NCBI GenBank assembly: GCA_044360315.1
Contig: JBIKKO010000004.1
Coordinates: 1-62,017, forward strand
Direction of reading: 5' to 3'
DNA: 62,017 bases
Origin: Oligoflexales bacterium
Lineage (GTDB): Bacteria; Bdellovibrionota_B; Oligoflexia; Oligoflexales; RGVZ01
Under the pieces are notes generated by a model that saw only the letters and a program-made list of their open reading frames with translations, did no database searches and was not told the DNA's origin. A program made the translations under genes and the position numbers. Positions 19,000 through 28,778 of the stretch are shown here, in pieces (the stretch's first letter is position 1; the number at the start of each line of letters is the position of its first letter).

Positions 19000-20066
19000 A
19001 GGACTCCTTTCGTGGTGGGTAATTGACCCGGAGTAGCGATGGCGACGGCTTGTCGGAGTGCTCGTGCAAAGGCCTTGAAGCTAGCCTCTGCCATGTGATG
19101 ATTGTTACCCTGGCTGGTGGTGATGTGGAGGCTCATGCCTGCGGATGTCGCAAGGGATTCGAAGAAGTGTGGCACGAGTTCCGTTGCCAAAGTTCCAATT
19201 CTATCTGTTGTAAACGGGATTGCGATTTTCGAAAACGAACGACCACTTAGATCAATCAGAGCCTCGGCGCGACACTCGTCCATCGGGAGACAAAAACCAA
19301 AGCGTCCTATGCCCACTTTATTGGAGAGGGCTTTGCGCAAAGCACTGCCAAGAGTGATCCCTGCGTCTTCGATGCTATGGTGATCATCGATGTGTTGGTC
19401 TCCTTTTATGGAAACGGTTAGATCGATGCCGCTGTGACGTGTAAGCTGTTCTAACATATGGTCGAAGAACCCTATGCCGGTGTTTACGTGGGAAATCCCT
19501 GATCCATCGAGGTTTATCTCAACACTGATGACTGTTTCCTTAGTCTGCCTTTTAACGCTTGCGAGGCGAGGCTGATTGATTAAGTCACTGGAAATTTTCT
19601 CCCACGTCCAAGGTCCCCCGCCGGTGTTCAAATGATAAGATTTGACGCCCAGAGCGTTTGCAAGTTCAACATCTGACGGTCTGTCTCCAACGACAGCGGA
19701 GCGCTCCCAGTCAATGGAAGCATCCCGAAGGTAGGGTATCAGTAGGCCGGTTTTAGGTTTGCGACATGGGCAGTCATCACCTTTAAAGTGAGGGCAAATC
19801 AGTATGTCTAAGAATGTCACACCCTGGCTTGTAAACACGTTAAGGATGAAGTCGTGTACCGGTTGAAACATGGCGTATGGGAACGAAGCCGTACCAAGTC
19901 CATCTTGGTTGCTAACCATAACCAATAAGTATCCATGGTTTTGCAGCCGAAGGAGGGCTGGTATGACTCCCTCGACGAGTTTGACCTTGTCTAGACGGTC
20001 GACTTGAAAATCTTCTGGCTCTTTGACTAGTGTTCCGTCACGATCTATGAATAAAATTTTACGCAT
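18996..20066 (-). CDS. hisB: Bifunctional histidinol-phosphatase / imidazoleglycerol-phosphate dehydratase (HisNB type)
   Basis: N-terminal HAD domain FIDRDGTL..C.CRKP and C-terminal IGPD motifs DDHHSIED and NNHHMAE. Confidence 0.97.
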   Translation of the reverse strand: MRKILFIDRDGTLVKEPEDFQVDRLDKVKLVEGVIPALLRLQNHGYLLVMVSNQDGLGTASFPYAMFQPVHDFILNVFTSQGVTFLDILICPHFKGDDCPCRKPKTGLLIPYLRDASIDWERSAVVGDRPSDVELANALGVKSYHLNTGGGPWTWEKISSDLINQPRLASVKRQTKETVISVEINLDGSGISHVNTGIGFFDHMLEQLTRHSGIDLTVSIKGDQHIDDHHSIEDAGITLGSALRKALSNKVGIGRFGFCLPMDECRAEALIDLSGRSFSKIAIPFTTDRIGTLATELVPHFFESLATSAGMSLHITTSQGNNHHMAEASFKAFARALRQAVAIATPGQLPTTKGVL

Positions 20067-21147
20067 ACAGCGCCCTTTCCCATGCTTGCCAAGCGCTGAG
20101 TAGTATAGAGTTTTCTGCAGCGCTTCCTACAGTGATCCTAATGCAGTCTTCTAGAAGTGGATGACCAGACCAGTCGCGCAACACGATGCCCCGGGATCTA
20201 AGATGCGCCAAAATCGATCGTGCGTGTTTAGGTGCCTTCACAAGAAGATAGTTACTATCGCTTTTAAACACTGTGTCGACTGATTCTAAAGTCTTAAGTT
20301 GATCCTCGAGCACTGCCCGATTGACAAGGATCTGTTGAACGCGATTTTTCATAGCCGTGACTCCGTCGTCATTAAGTTGCGCTACAATCATGTCGCGTAC
20401 AGGTACGCTGATAGGGTAGGGCGCCCGAACTTTCTCAAGGACTGCGGAGGCTTCCTGCGAACTAATAGCGACCCCAAATCTTGCTCCAGCCATAGCCCAC
20501 GCCTTTGAAAATGTTCGTAGGACAACAATGTTGGGATAAATTTTAATGAGGGTGGTAGCGCTTTGTTGTGAAGAAAATTCGATATATGCCTCGTCTATGA
20601 TCAGAAGACGATTGGGTCCAGCGATCTGGGCGATGACTTCGATGTCTTTCAAGGAGAGGGTCTCGCCAGTTGGATTATTGGGACGGCAAAGGAAAAAGAC
20701 TTTAACTGAAGAATCATTAAGCTCTAAACGTAGTTGTTCGATATTTAGAGTGAATCCATTCTCATTGAGTCGCATCGGGACATGGCGCTTTAGGGCGCCC
20801 TGTAAATCAGTGGCAACATCATACATGCCGTAAGTCGGTGGGCAGCTTAGAACCACATCTTTTGATGGTTCACAAACAATTCTGATCAGGATATCAATCG
20901 CCTCATCGGAACCTCGTCCCATAAAAATTTGGTTTGGGTTGACGGCGTAATATTCCGCGAGTAAAGACCTAAGATCTTCGGATTTAGGGTCTGGATATCG
21001 ATTGATAACCGGTAGTCGCGAAAATTCATCGGGGATCTCGTTCGCATCTAAAAAGATTGATCCAGTGGTCGCGAGGCTGCGAGCGCTACTATAAGCTTTC
21101 ATCGAAAGGATGTTTTTTCTGAATATTTTATCGACTTCAAATGTCAT
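20059..21147 (-). CDS. hisC: Histidinol-phosphate aminotransferase
   Basis: LDANE, NRYPDP, GRGSDEAID, PNNPTG, DEAYIEF and RTFSKAW motifs; located in the his operon. Confidence 0.95.
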   Translation of the reverse strand: MTFEVDKIFRKNILSMKAYSSARSLATTGSIFLDANEIPDEFSRLPVINRYPDPKSEDLRSLLAEYYAVNPNQIFMGRGSDEAIDILIRIVCEPSKDVVLSCPPTYGMYDVATDLQGALKRHVPMRLNENGFTLNIEQLRLELNDSSVKVFFLCRPNNPTGETLSLKDIEVIAQIAGPNRLLIIDEAYIEFSSQQSATTLIKIYPNIVVLRTFSKAWAMAGARFGVAISSQEASAVLEKVRAPYPISVPVRDMIVAQLNDDGVTAMKNRVQQILVNRAVLEDQLKTLESVDTVFKSDSNYLLVKAPKHARSILAHLRSRGIVLRDWSGHPLLEDCIRITVGSAAENSILLSAWQAWERALYA

Positions 21148-22457
21148 TTGATTGATCTCGATTGCAGTTTGCTTAAGCGCTGGGAAACAGCATATTTATG
21201 TGCATCAAGTCCTTCGATCGCTGCTAAAGTCTCAACGGTGGGGCCAAGATTTCGTAAGCCGTCAGCTGTTAACTCCTGATACGTGATAAACTTCATGAAT
21301 GATTCAGTGCCAAGGCCAGAAAACGTGCGGCAAAAGCCATTTGTTGGGAGGACGTGGTTTGTTCCACTCGCATAATCACCGACAGACTCTGGAGTCCATG
21401 GACCAATAAAGATACTTCCAGCGTTGCGCACACGATTAGAAAACTGCTTGGCGTCTGCATGTAACAAGATAAGATGCTCCGGTGCATAGGAGTTGATGAT
21501 TTCGAGGGCTTCTAAGTCTCCATCTACAATGATAATTTTGCTCTGATCCAGAGCCTTGCTAGCGATGCTCTTTCGAGTTAGGCGAGTGAGCTGGTCATTT
21601 ATAGCTGAGAGAATGTCTTCGGCCTTCTTTTTGCTCAAGGACACTAAAATCACCTGCGAGTCAATCCCGTGTTCCGCTTGAGATAATAGATCAGCAGCGG
21701 CTGAGTCGGCATCTGACGTATCGTCTGCCACCACAAGGACCTCTGATGGTCCAGCGGGCATGTCAAGTGCGGCTCCCCCTGGATCAAGAGAAACGGCTAT
21801 TTTAGCGGCGGTTACCCAAGAATTTCCAGGTCCAAAAATCTTGTCAACTTTGGGTATCGACTCAGTTCCGTAAGCCATGGCTGCAATGGCCTGAGCTCCG
21901 CCCACAGCGAAAATCGAGCTAACACCACACAGATCAGCCGCTACCAAAATATGAGGGTTAACAGATCCATCTCTCTGCGGTGGAGTGCAAAGTACTCGCA
22001 TCTCACATCCAGCGATTTTTGCGGGAATAGCTAGCATGAGCACTGTTGATACAAGCGGAGCCGTGCCGCCTGGAATATATAGGCCCACTCTTTCGATAGG
22101 CAATGCGCGTTTCCAGCACATGACCCCCGGCGTCGTTTCAATTTGTATTGGTTCAGGTACTTGCCGCGTGTGAAACGTCGTGATCTGACTTGCAGCTCGC
22201 TTAATGGCCTCCAATTGGTTGTCAGATACGAATGCGTAAGCTTTGTCGATCTCATCACGAGTGACTTTAACGGTTCGTCTGTGAGCCTTATCAAGGCTCA
22301 GAGTGAGATCAAGCAGGGAGCTGTCTCCACCATGCTTGACAGAAGAAATGATAGAGAAGACAGTTTTTTCTTGATCCTGCGACTTGATCAAGTTCGGACG
22401 ACTCAGGGCAGATTGTCGTTCCTCGGTAGTCAATAATTTCCATTCAAGCGTGTACAT
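21144..22457 (-). CDS. hisD: Histidinol dehydrogenase
   Basis: GLYIPGG, FGPGN, DMPAGPSEV, QAEHG, APEHL and GDYASGTNHVLPT motifs. Confidence 0.98.
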   Translation of the reverse strand: MYTLEWKLLTTEERQSALSRPNLIKSQDQEKTVFSIISSVKHGGDSSLLDLTLSLDKAHRRTVKVTRDEIDKAYAFVSDNQLEAIKRAASQITTFHTRQVPEPIQIETTPGVMCWKRALPIERVGLYIPGGTAPLVSTVLMLAIPAKIAGCEMRVLCTPPQRDGSVNPHILVAADLCGVSSIFAVGGAQAIAAMAYGTESIPKVDKIFGPGNSWVTAAKIAVSLDPGGAALDMPAGPSEVLVVADDTSDADSAAADLLSQAEHGIDSQVILVSLSKKKAEDILSAINDQLTRLTRKSIASKALDQSKIIIVDGDLEALEIINSYAPEHLILLHADAKQFSNRVRNAGSIFIGPWTPESVGDYASGTNHVLPTNGFCRTFSGLGTESFMKFITYQELTADGLRNLGPTVETLAAIEGLDAHKYAVSQRLSKLQSRSIK

Positions 22458-22472
22458 CGCGTCATTCCAGTC

Positions 22473-23360
22473 CTATTCAATGATTTTCTCAATGGGGACC
22501 ACAAGAATCGATGATGCGCCAATCGCTTTTAAGCGTTCCATCGTTTCCCAAAATATGGACTCCTGAGCAACAGCATGAATAGCGACTTTGCCTTTTGTTG
22601 TAAGGGGTACTATGGTAGGTTCCTCCATTCCAGGGAGAATCGTTTTGATCTGTTCTATCTGATCAGACGGTGCGTTCATCATGATATACTTTGCGTTTTG
22701 TGCTTTGATGACTCCGTTCATGCGTTGCAGTAGCTGTGAGAGTATGAACTGTTTTTCTGTTGTCGCGCATTGCGTTTTGCCAATCAAAATAGCCTGACTT
22801 TGTAGCAGTGTGAAAGTCTCTTTGAGGCCATTTGCACGTAACGTCTCGCCCGTTGAGACTAAATCACAAATGGCGTCAGCTAGGTTGAGGGATGGCGTGA
22901 TTTCTACGGACCCAGAGACCGTGATAATGTTTGCTTGAACGTCATGACGCTTTAGGTAGCGACTGAGCGTCATGGGGTAGGATGTCGCGATAGATTTGCC
23001 TTGAAGATCTTTGACGGTATTTATTTTTTTTGATTCCGTAGCGGCGATGGAAAGACGACAATAACCAAAGTCTAATGCGCGAATTTCTTTTAACGCATTA
23101 GACGGGCATTTTTCCTCCATGACATTGCGACCCACGATTCCGATATCACAGACGTCGTTATTTACGTAGTCGGGAATATCATCGTCTCTTACCAGCATGA
23201 GCTCAATTGGGAAGTTATAGCTAGGAACAAGTAATCGATTCTTCTTTCTGTCCATATCAACGCCGCACTGTTCTAAAATACTCAAGGATTTCTCGCTAAG
23301 TCGCCCTGATTTTTGAATAGCGATGCGCAGTCGGCTAGTGCTTTGTATATCGAAGCTCAT
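22473..23360 (-). CDS. hisG: ATP phosphoribosyltransferase (long form)
   Basis: AIQKSGRL, VRDDDIP, IATSYP and GSVE..P....ADAICDLVSTGETL motifs plus the C-terminal regulatory domain. Confidence 0.98.
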   Translation of the reverse strand: MSFDIQSTSRLRIAIQKSGRLSEKSLSILEQCGVDMDRKKNRLLVPSYNFPIELMLVRDDDIPDYVNNDVCDIGIVGRNVMEEKCPSNALKEIRALDFGYCRLSIAATESKKINTVKDLQGKSIATSYPMTLSRYLKRHDVQANIITVSGSVEITPSLNLADAICDLVSTGETLRANGLKETFTLLQSQAILIGKTQCATTEKQFILSQLLQRMNGVIKAQNAKYIMMNAPSDQIEQIKTILPGMEEPTIVPLTTKGKVAIHAVAQESIFWETMERLKAIGASSILVVPIEKIIE

Positions 23361-23647
23361 CGTTTTTTAGCCTCACCTAGATTATCCAGAAGTTGATTAT
23401 AGCCGTCGGATCCCGACGACAGGCAGCGAGCCACGCGCGTGATAGTTGCGGTGCTGATGCCCGACATTTCGTTTATTTTACGGTAGGGGATGCCTTGTTT
23501 CAGTAGTCTTGCAACATGCCAGCGATCAGCCATCGCTGTCAGCTCTGTTGGTGTGCATAGGTCATCCAAAAAGCGCATCATCGAATTTGGGTCGTCTAGC
23601 TGAGAAAGAGCGTTACAGAGTTCCTTAATGCGTTTATCACCGGCCAT
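23357..23647 (-). CDS. TrpR-like (YerC/YecD family) putative histidine operon repressor
   Basis: 'FLDDLCTPTELTAMADRWHVARLL...PYRKI...GISTATITRVARCL..G..GY' pattern; first gene of the his operon. Confidence 0.9.
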   Translation of the reverse strand: MAGDKRIKELCNALSQLDDPNSMMRFLDDLCTPTELTAMADRWHVARLLKQGIPYRKINEMSGISTATITRVARCLSSGSDGYNQLLDNLGEAKKR

Positions 23648-23665
23648 AGCGATACCTTTCCTGAT

Positions 23666-23693
23666 TTAGTGTGCTAATGTGCTATTGCGTTAG
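23666..23693. promoter_or_regulatory. Candidate operator for the TrpR-like regulator
   Basis: Four xTAx cores (TTAG, CTAA, CTAT, TTAG) at exact 8-bp spacing, directly upstream of the RBS. Includes the imperfect palindrome TTAG-TGTG-CTAA. Confidence 0.5.
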
Positions 23694-23965
23694 AACAAAT
23701 TGACAGTAAATGAATTTATTCGGTCTGTCTAGTCAAATTTCAAATCGTCGTGTCTTTCGTTTCTTTCAATGACGCGGGCTCATGGTTGAATCTTTTCGAT
23801 CTGATTGATGTTTTTCTCTGTGCTCAGGCTGTTTGCATGGAAAACACCAGCCAAGATAAACAGGCCAAGGTCTAAAACATGACCATCCGACTACAGCGTT
23901 CACCAAGCGCCAGAATCCTTGGTGCTCGAGATCAAGTTAGTCAGCGACCCGTGTGAGCAGTTGGA

Positions 23966-24826
23966 TCATGGTTTGCAAAAATTGACGAGCACACTTTCGC
24001 CGAGGAATTTATAGCCTATTTTTTGATAGATTGAGTTAGACGTTGAATTGTTCAAATCTGTAAAGAGATTGCATCTTTTTCTGCCCTCTTGAAGTAAATT
24101 TTTAGAAAGCTGTGCAACGAGCCGACTGGCGTAGCCTTTCCCTCGCTGTTCTTTTGGTGTGTATACCAATGAGATTGTAGCTGCGTGTTTCGACTCCCGA
24201 CTTTTTGACGCAGTTGAGACAATCTCTCCTTCGCTGTTTTCCCAAAAGTACATTGAGCCATTCTCAAGTCTGCGTTCAACAATCTCCTTGCAACGGGCAA
24301 CTGGGTCCTTTTCATCGGGAAAGCAGTCATTAAAAAAGCCGAGTATGTACCTTTCGGCAATACCTCGACGGTCAGCTGTTGCGGTCGTTAGTTTACCATT
24401 GTCGTAGCTTGGCTCTTTAACGTCAGCTAGCTCGTAGATACCCTGATGCATTACCAATTGGCTCAACATACCCGAAATTTTAGCCCACTCATTAGCAAAC
24501 CTGAGGCAAGAATTCTTGGGGCCAGTCACTCCGGCAAGTTTAACGTCATCCTTCGCTAAATTCGTGACTAAGCATGCCAAAACCTCGTCAACCATCTCGG
24601 TGATGGCTAGGGGTCTGTCAGGGTCTGTCCTGATGGCTTGCCCAACGACGGAATTGTCTTTCAGAAGGGAAACGAACAATGGATCCTTGCAATCTAGAAA
24701 GTTCTTCTTGATTGAATCAGATAGCCCTAAAATAAGATTGTTCAGAGATTCGTTCTGAAGAAGATGTTCTTCGTTAAAGCTTAAAAACTGACTCACGTCG
24801 ACATTTCGAAAAAATTGAATACTCAT
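23966..24826 (-). CDS. GNAT family N-acetyltransferase
   Basis: C-terminal VYTP.EQRGKGYAS...LFTD..N.TSN.IYQKIGY motif. Confidence 0.9.
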   Translation of the reverse strand: MSIQFFRNVDVSQFLSFNEEHLLQNESLNNLILGLSDSIKKNFLDCKDPLFVSLLKDNSVVGQAIRTDPDRPLAITEMVDEVLACLVTNLAKDDVKLAGVTGPKNSCLRFANEWAKISGMLSQLVMHQGIYELADVKEPSYDNGKLTTATADRRGIAERYILGFFNDCFPDEKDPVARCKEIVERRLENGSMYFWENSEGEIVSTASKSRESKHAATISLVYTPKEQRGKGYASRLVAQLSKNLLQEGRKRCNLFTDLNNSTSNSIYQKIGYKFLGESVLVNFCKP

Positions 24827-24983
24827 AGATTCCTAAGTTTGAACCTGCCGCATGTAATGTACAGATTTTACAAATATGTGTAAGCTGGAGATATCAAAAA
24901 ATAAGTAGGGGTTCAACTGCAATTGGATGGCTTTTTCGTTATTTGGAGATGTTGCCAATTTTTTTTGAAAACAGGAGGACTTG

Positions 24984-25541
24984 ATGAACTTACCGACAGA
25001 CAACAGATTTTTTCAGAATGCTTGGGTTGTTTCTGATTTGCAAACATCGATCTTAGAGTGGGTCAATAAATTTGGAGTTGGCCCTTTTTATGTGATTCCG
25101 CAAATGGAACTTGCTAGTGCTGTCTATCGAGGAAAAGAAACGAGTTTAAAGTTTGGTGTTGCACTTGCTCAAGCGGGATCTGTTCAAATCGAGTTAATTT
25201 GCCAGAAGGACGATAATCCTTCAGCATTTAAAGATCTATATGCTGGTGGCAGAGAAGGTTTTCATCACATGGGCGTATTCACACGAGATTATGAAAAGGA
25301 CGTGCTCTATTACAGAAATCAAGGTTTTTCACTGGCGTCTGAGTGTACGGCGGTTTCCGGTGGAAAGTTCGCATATGTTGATACGAGCTCCCTGTTTGGT
25401 GTCATGATTGAAATTGTTGAAGAGTCGGAGCGTCTGAAAGGGCTCTACAAGATTGTTGCAGATGCCGCAGTCGGGTGGTCCGGGAAAGATCCTATTCGAG
25501 TCCTTACAAAAAATGGTTACGATGTGCCTATAAAAATCTGA
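24984..25541 (+). CDS. VOC family protein (glyoxalase / methylmalonyl-CoA epimerase-like)
   Basis: Q.AWVV.DL, QIELI, EGFHHMG and YVDT....GVMIEIVE motifs; RBS AGGAGG. Confidence 0.85.
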   Translation: MNLPTDNRFFQNAWVVSDLQTSILEWVNKFGVGPFYVIPQMELASAVYRGKETSLKFGVALAQAGSVQIELICQKDDNPSAFKDLYAGGREGFHHMGVFTRDYEKDVLYYRNQGFSLASECTAVSGGKFAYVDTSSLFGVMIEIVEESERLKGLYKIVADAAVGWSGKDPIRVLTKNGYDVPIKI

Positions 25542-26005
25542 GATAAAATGTCTGGGGTCTTGGGATTTGTGCATCTCAATTAAAGAAGTTGCTTCTTGTT
25601 GATGTTAGACCCCAGTCGCCTTAGCAGCGGGAGTCGTAACGCCCTGATCTTAAGTGAAAGGCATGGTGACCAAGGCAATGTCAAAGCGTAACAGAAAGCC
25701 TAACGATAGAGCGCTGAGCCCAACGAGGTGATGTATAGACCTTGATGTGTTTTGTGTGTAAGTTCTAAAAATCATGCAGAGTTTATCGGAAGTGGGGCGG
25801 CTGTTCTTTAAAGTAAATTTTTTAGTGAATTTGTAGGTTCCTAAGGGTGCGAATGTATTGGTCTTAGATTTCACTGTGGACTGGAAATTGAGACAAATTG
25901 GGCCGGTTGGCTGTTCTTAGACGTTGGCAAACTGATCTACAATCGGCGTATTTAGGACGTAGGTGGTGATGGTTCCTTTTTTGGTGAGCAGGGAATGTTG
26001 TGTAT

Positions 26006-26902
26006 TCACTCTTTGCCTGTAATGCAGCATTTTTTGTATTTTTTTCCGCTCCCGCAAGGACAAGGGTCGTTACGGCCTACTTTGATTTGATTGATCGGTT
26101 TTTCCGTTGAGAGATCTTGCTTTTGGGTTGAAGTGAGCTCTTCACGTTTCTCATAGATCTTTTTGATTGTTTCATGTCGTTTACGAAATCGTTCAAGTAC
26201 ATCTGGATATTCAAGCTTGAGCTGTGCAAAGAGTTCAAGCGGGTCGAGCTTGGCGTGTGGTTCACGATGAGACGTTACGATCTCTCCGGTGTTATAAGAT
26301 ACAGTTACCGTTGAGTCTATCTCGTCATACAGCAGGTCGTCATCTTCGGTTGTAGAAAAAAACTCCAAAGTTATATTATCACAACCACAGTGAGGGTTCG
26401 TGCAATAAAGATCAATGACGTCCGCGATAAGCCGTTTGGAAGCGTCTCGAGTCATATTGAAGGGCATAGCATGAGGAAAGAACTCGTTATAGGCGATTAC
26501 TTTCTTTTGCTCGTGACTTGGAGTCATTTGTTCTATCGGCATACCTTCGATGCTTGGGTCCTCACTGATCTTGTGCTTCATATCATAAAAAGCATCGTTT
26601 AACTGGCCCCAATCATTGTTTGTCAAGTTTTTGACAAGAGCTCTCGCAAAGTGATAGCTCTCTGGAGAAGAACCATCGGTTTCAGCGGCCTGTTCTCCGA
26701 ATATGTCAAGACCAAACTGTAGGGTCTTAGTGCCCTCGTCATCTAACGTGATCTCTGCGCGAATGATCGAGCAATTGCAATAGGGGGCAGGGCAAACAGT
26801 GATTGTGCCAACGCAGGGTTTGTTGGAATATTTGCCATGCGGGAGCTGAAAGCTAATGTTTAGCAGGTTATCTCTGCCGTCACTTTGGGTAATCGTCAAC
26901 AT
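26006..26902 (-). CDS. SEC-C motif protein with two internal C-x4-C-x-C clusters
   Basis: C-terminal [20 protein letters not shown]; internal CPAPYCNC and CTNPHCGC. Confidence 0.85.
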   Translation of the reverse strand: MLTITQSDGRDNLLNISFQLPHGKYSNKPCVGTITVCPAPYCNCSIIRAEITLDDEGTKTLQFGLDIFGEQAAETDGSSPESYHFARALVKNLTNNDWGQLNDAFYDMKHKISEDPSIEGMPIEQMTPSHEQKKVIAYNEFFPHAMPFNMTRDASKRLIADVIDLYCTNPHCGCDNITLEFFSTTEDDDLLYDEIDSTVTVSYNTGEIVTSHREPHAKLDPLELFAQLKLEYPDVLERFRKRHETIKKIYEKREELTSTQKQDLSTEKPINQIKVGRNDPCPCGSGKKYKKCCITGKE

Positions 26903-27040
26903 AGTCGCTGGTCCTCATAAAGTGTGTTACGGATGACTTGGTTACAGGTTTCATTGGTTCAATGAGCAGTGAATCATAAATTTTACCTGGAAATATTTGC
27001 CGAACTGCTCCCAAATAGCAATGATCAATCCTGATCGGCG

Positions 27041-27535
27041 CTACGAGGATTTGATCAAGAGGGCGTTGATTCCCATTTTTCGTAGACTGATCGCGGCACT
27101 CCAGGCATGTTCTGCGGTCGATGACAGTACAATAACTTGCGTGCAAGTTTTAAGAAATGGCAGCAGAGTTCCAGGGTTTTGCAAATGAAAGAGTCTAGCC
27201 GATGGATGCAGGGGATCTGTCTCAAAGGTCACATGAGGCCTCATATCGAGAATCACCGTTCCCTCTTTATTATCAATTGTTTCAAGGTCTGCAGTGGACA
27301 GCCAGAGGTCAAGGCTAAGTTCTTTGCATTCATCTATGATGGCAAAGATATCTTGAATCGGCATGCCCGATAGCCTTTCTAGGTCTCCGACGGTCGTTGG
27401 AACCTCTTCGCCTGCGCGTCGCAGAAGATCTGGGGGTAGAAGAAAGCGTTCTGTCAACAACACGTCGATAAAGGGTAGTCCAAGGTGTTCGAGTTTTGTT
27501 TCAGATCCGCGAGGCTGGATTTGGTTGGGTGACAT
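27041..27535 (-). CDS. Hypothetical protein with a C-terminal rhodanese-like fold lacking the active-site Cys
   Basis: 'VILDMRP...F....HPSA' and 'VIVLSSTAEHAWSAAISLRKMG' pattern; RBS GAGGAG. Confidence 0.55.
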   Translation of the reverse strand: MSPNQIQPRGSETKLEHLGLPFIDVLLTERFLLPPDLLRRAGEEVPTTVGDLERLSGMPIQDIFAIIDECKELSLDLWLSTADLETIDNKEGTVILDMRPHVTFETDPLHPSARLFHLQNPGTLLPFLKTCTQVIVLSSTAEHAWSAAISLRKMGINALLIKSS

Positions 27536-27937
27536 GTGCTCCTCATTATGGGATGATCAATGTTCGCCATTCTAGCAGATCAGTCGAGCTTGATGCCACA
27601 CGCAAGATAAAGTCGCGTAAAATGTGATTTGGAGACAAATTGTCCGCGGTTTTTCTGATCTGCAAGACGAGTGAGTCGTTTGGAGTCTATGGGTTTCGGA
27701 GGCGTTGTGTTGTCAGAGATTTTGTGCCTAAAAATTTGAATTTATTGATAATTTTTGTTCTTGCGTGTTTTGTCTAGTGACCTTAATTAAGCCTGGTGAC
27801 AGGATATTGAATCTAGGAGACGATTCGGCTAAGCGGAAGTCCATCGCATTTGGTGCGCAAATTTGGGTTCATGTCCTAAATGTGATGTAGTATCGCCCCC
27901 GCCCGGGTGTTTGGTAGTTTTTTGAGGAGTTGACTGT

Positions 27938-28462
27938 ATGATCATTATGCCTAATGCGTCGATTATAAAGTGGTGTGGCTATCAGCCAAAGCTTGGAAGC
28001 AATGTTTTTCTCGCGAGCGGAGCAGCTGTTATTGGACAAGTTGAGCTTGGTGATGACGTCAGTGTTTGGTTCAACACAGTCATCCGTGGTGATGTGAATA
28101 CAATTAGCATTGGGTCTCGCACAAATATTCAAGACAATACAACAGTTCACGTGACCTCAAAATATGGACCCACAAGGATTGGCAGTGATGTAACGATTGG
28201 GCACAATGCAGTGATTCATGCGTGTACCATTGAAGATGAGTGTTTGATTGGTATGGGGTCAACGATTCTTGACGGTGCAGTGATTCGCTCCCGGTGCTTC
28301 ATAGCGGCAGGATCTGTTGTGACTCCGGGTAAAGAGATGCCTTCAGGTATGATGGTCATGGGGTCTCCGGCAAAGCCCGTTAGGCCTTTGACGCCAGATG
28401 AGTTGCTATTTTTGAAACGCTCGGCCAAGGATTACGTGGAAACGGCTCAGAGTTACCGTTAA
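27938..28462 (+). CDS. Gamma carbonic anhydrase family protein
   Basis: Hexapeptide repeats with IRGD, NIQDN..VH and IGH..V.HAC motifs. Confidence 0.93.
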   Translation: MIIMPNASIIKWCGYQPKLGSNVFLASGAAVIGQVELGDDVSVWFNTVIRGDVNTISIGSRTNIQDNTTVHVTSKYGPTRIGSDVTIGHNAVIHACTIEDECLIGMGSTILDGAVIRSRCFIAAGSVVTPGKEMPSGMMVMGSPAKPVRPLTPDELLFLKRSAKDYVETAQSYR

Positions 28463-28778
28463 CGGTTTTTTGGGGTGCTGGTTGCTGTGGCGAGTTGTAA
28501 TGCTGCGTGAGATTAAGTTTAGCTGTTGAGGTGTTCCGTTTCTTGGTCAGGAAGAGATCCCCGAGGCTTGGCGCTGGGGATGACTTCGCTATATTTGATT
28601 GAACATTGACAGGCTGTGAAAATTTGGTTCGATACCAGATGTCGGTGTGTTTTAAAAAACTTGGCTCTAGTGTATCAAATATTCTTAAAAAATTCGGGGT
28701 GCTGTAATGTCTGGCATCATGGTTGAGGTCTCTCAAAATTGCTATTGGCACGATCTTAAAGTCAGAGTGCTTATTCAT
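28380..28778 (-). CDS. Possible hypothetical protein
   Basis: ATG overlaps the DUF503 stop (ATGAATAA), but there is no recognisable motif and the ORF overlaps the gamma-CA 3' end by 83 nt. Confidence 0.25.
   Translation of the reverse strand: MNKHSDFKIVPIAILRDLNHDARHYSTPNFLRIFDTLEPSFLKHTDIWYRTKFSQPVNVQSNIAKSSPAPSLGDLFLTKKRNTSTAKLNLTQHYNSPQQPAPQKTVNGNSEPFPRNPWPSVSKIATHLASKA

Noticed and set aside
23700-23965. His attenuator or leader peptide
   Set aside because: No small ORF with tandem His codons and no terminator/antiterminator pair on the minus strand.
25650-25874. 74-aa minus-strand ORF
   Set aside because: No convincing RBS or motif; cannot be supported as a gene.
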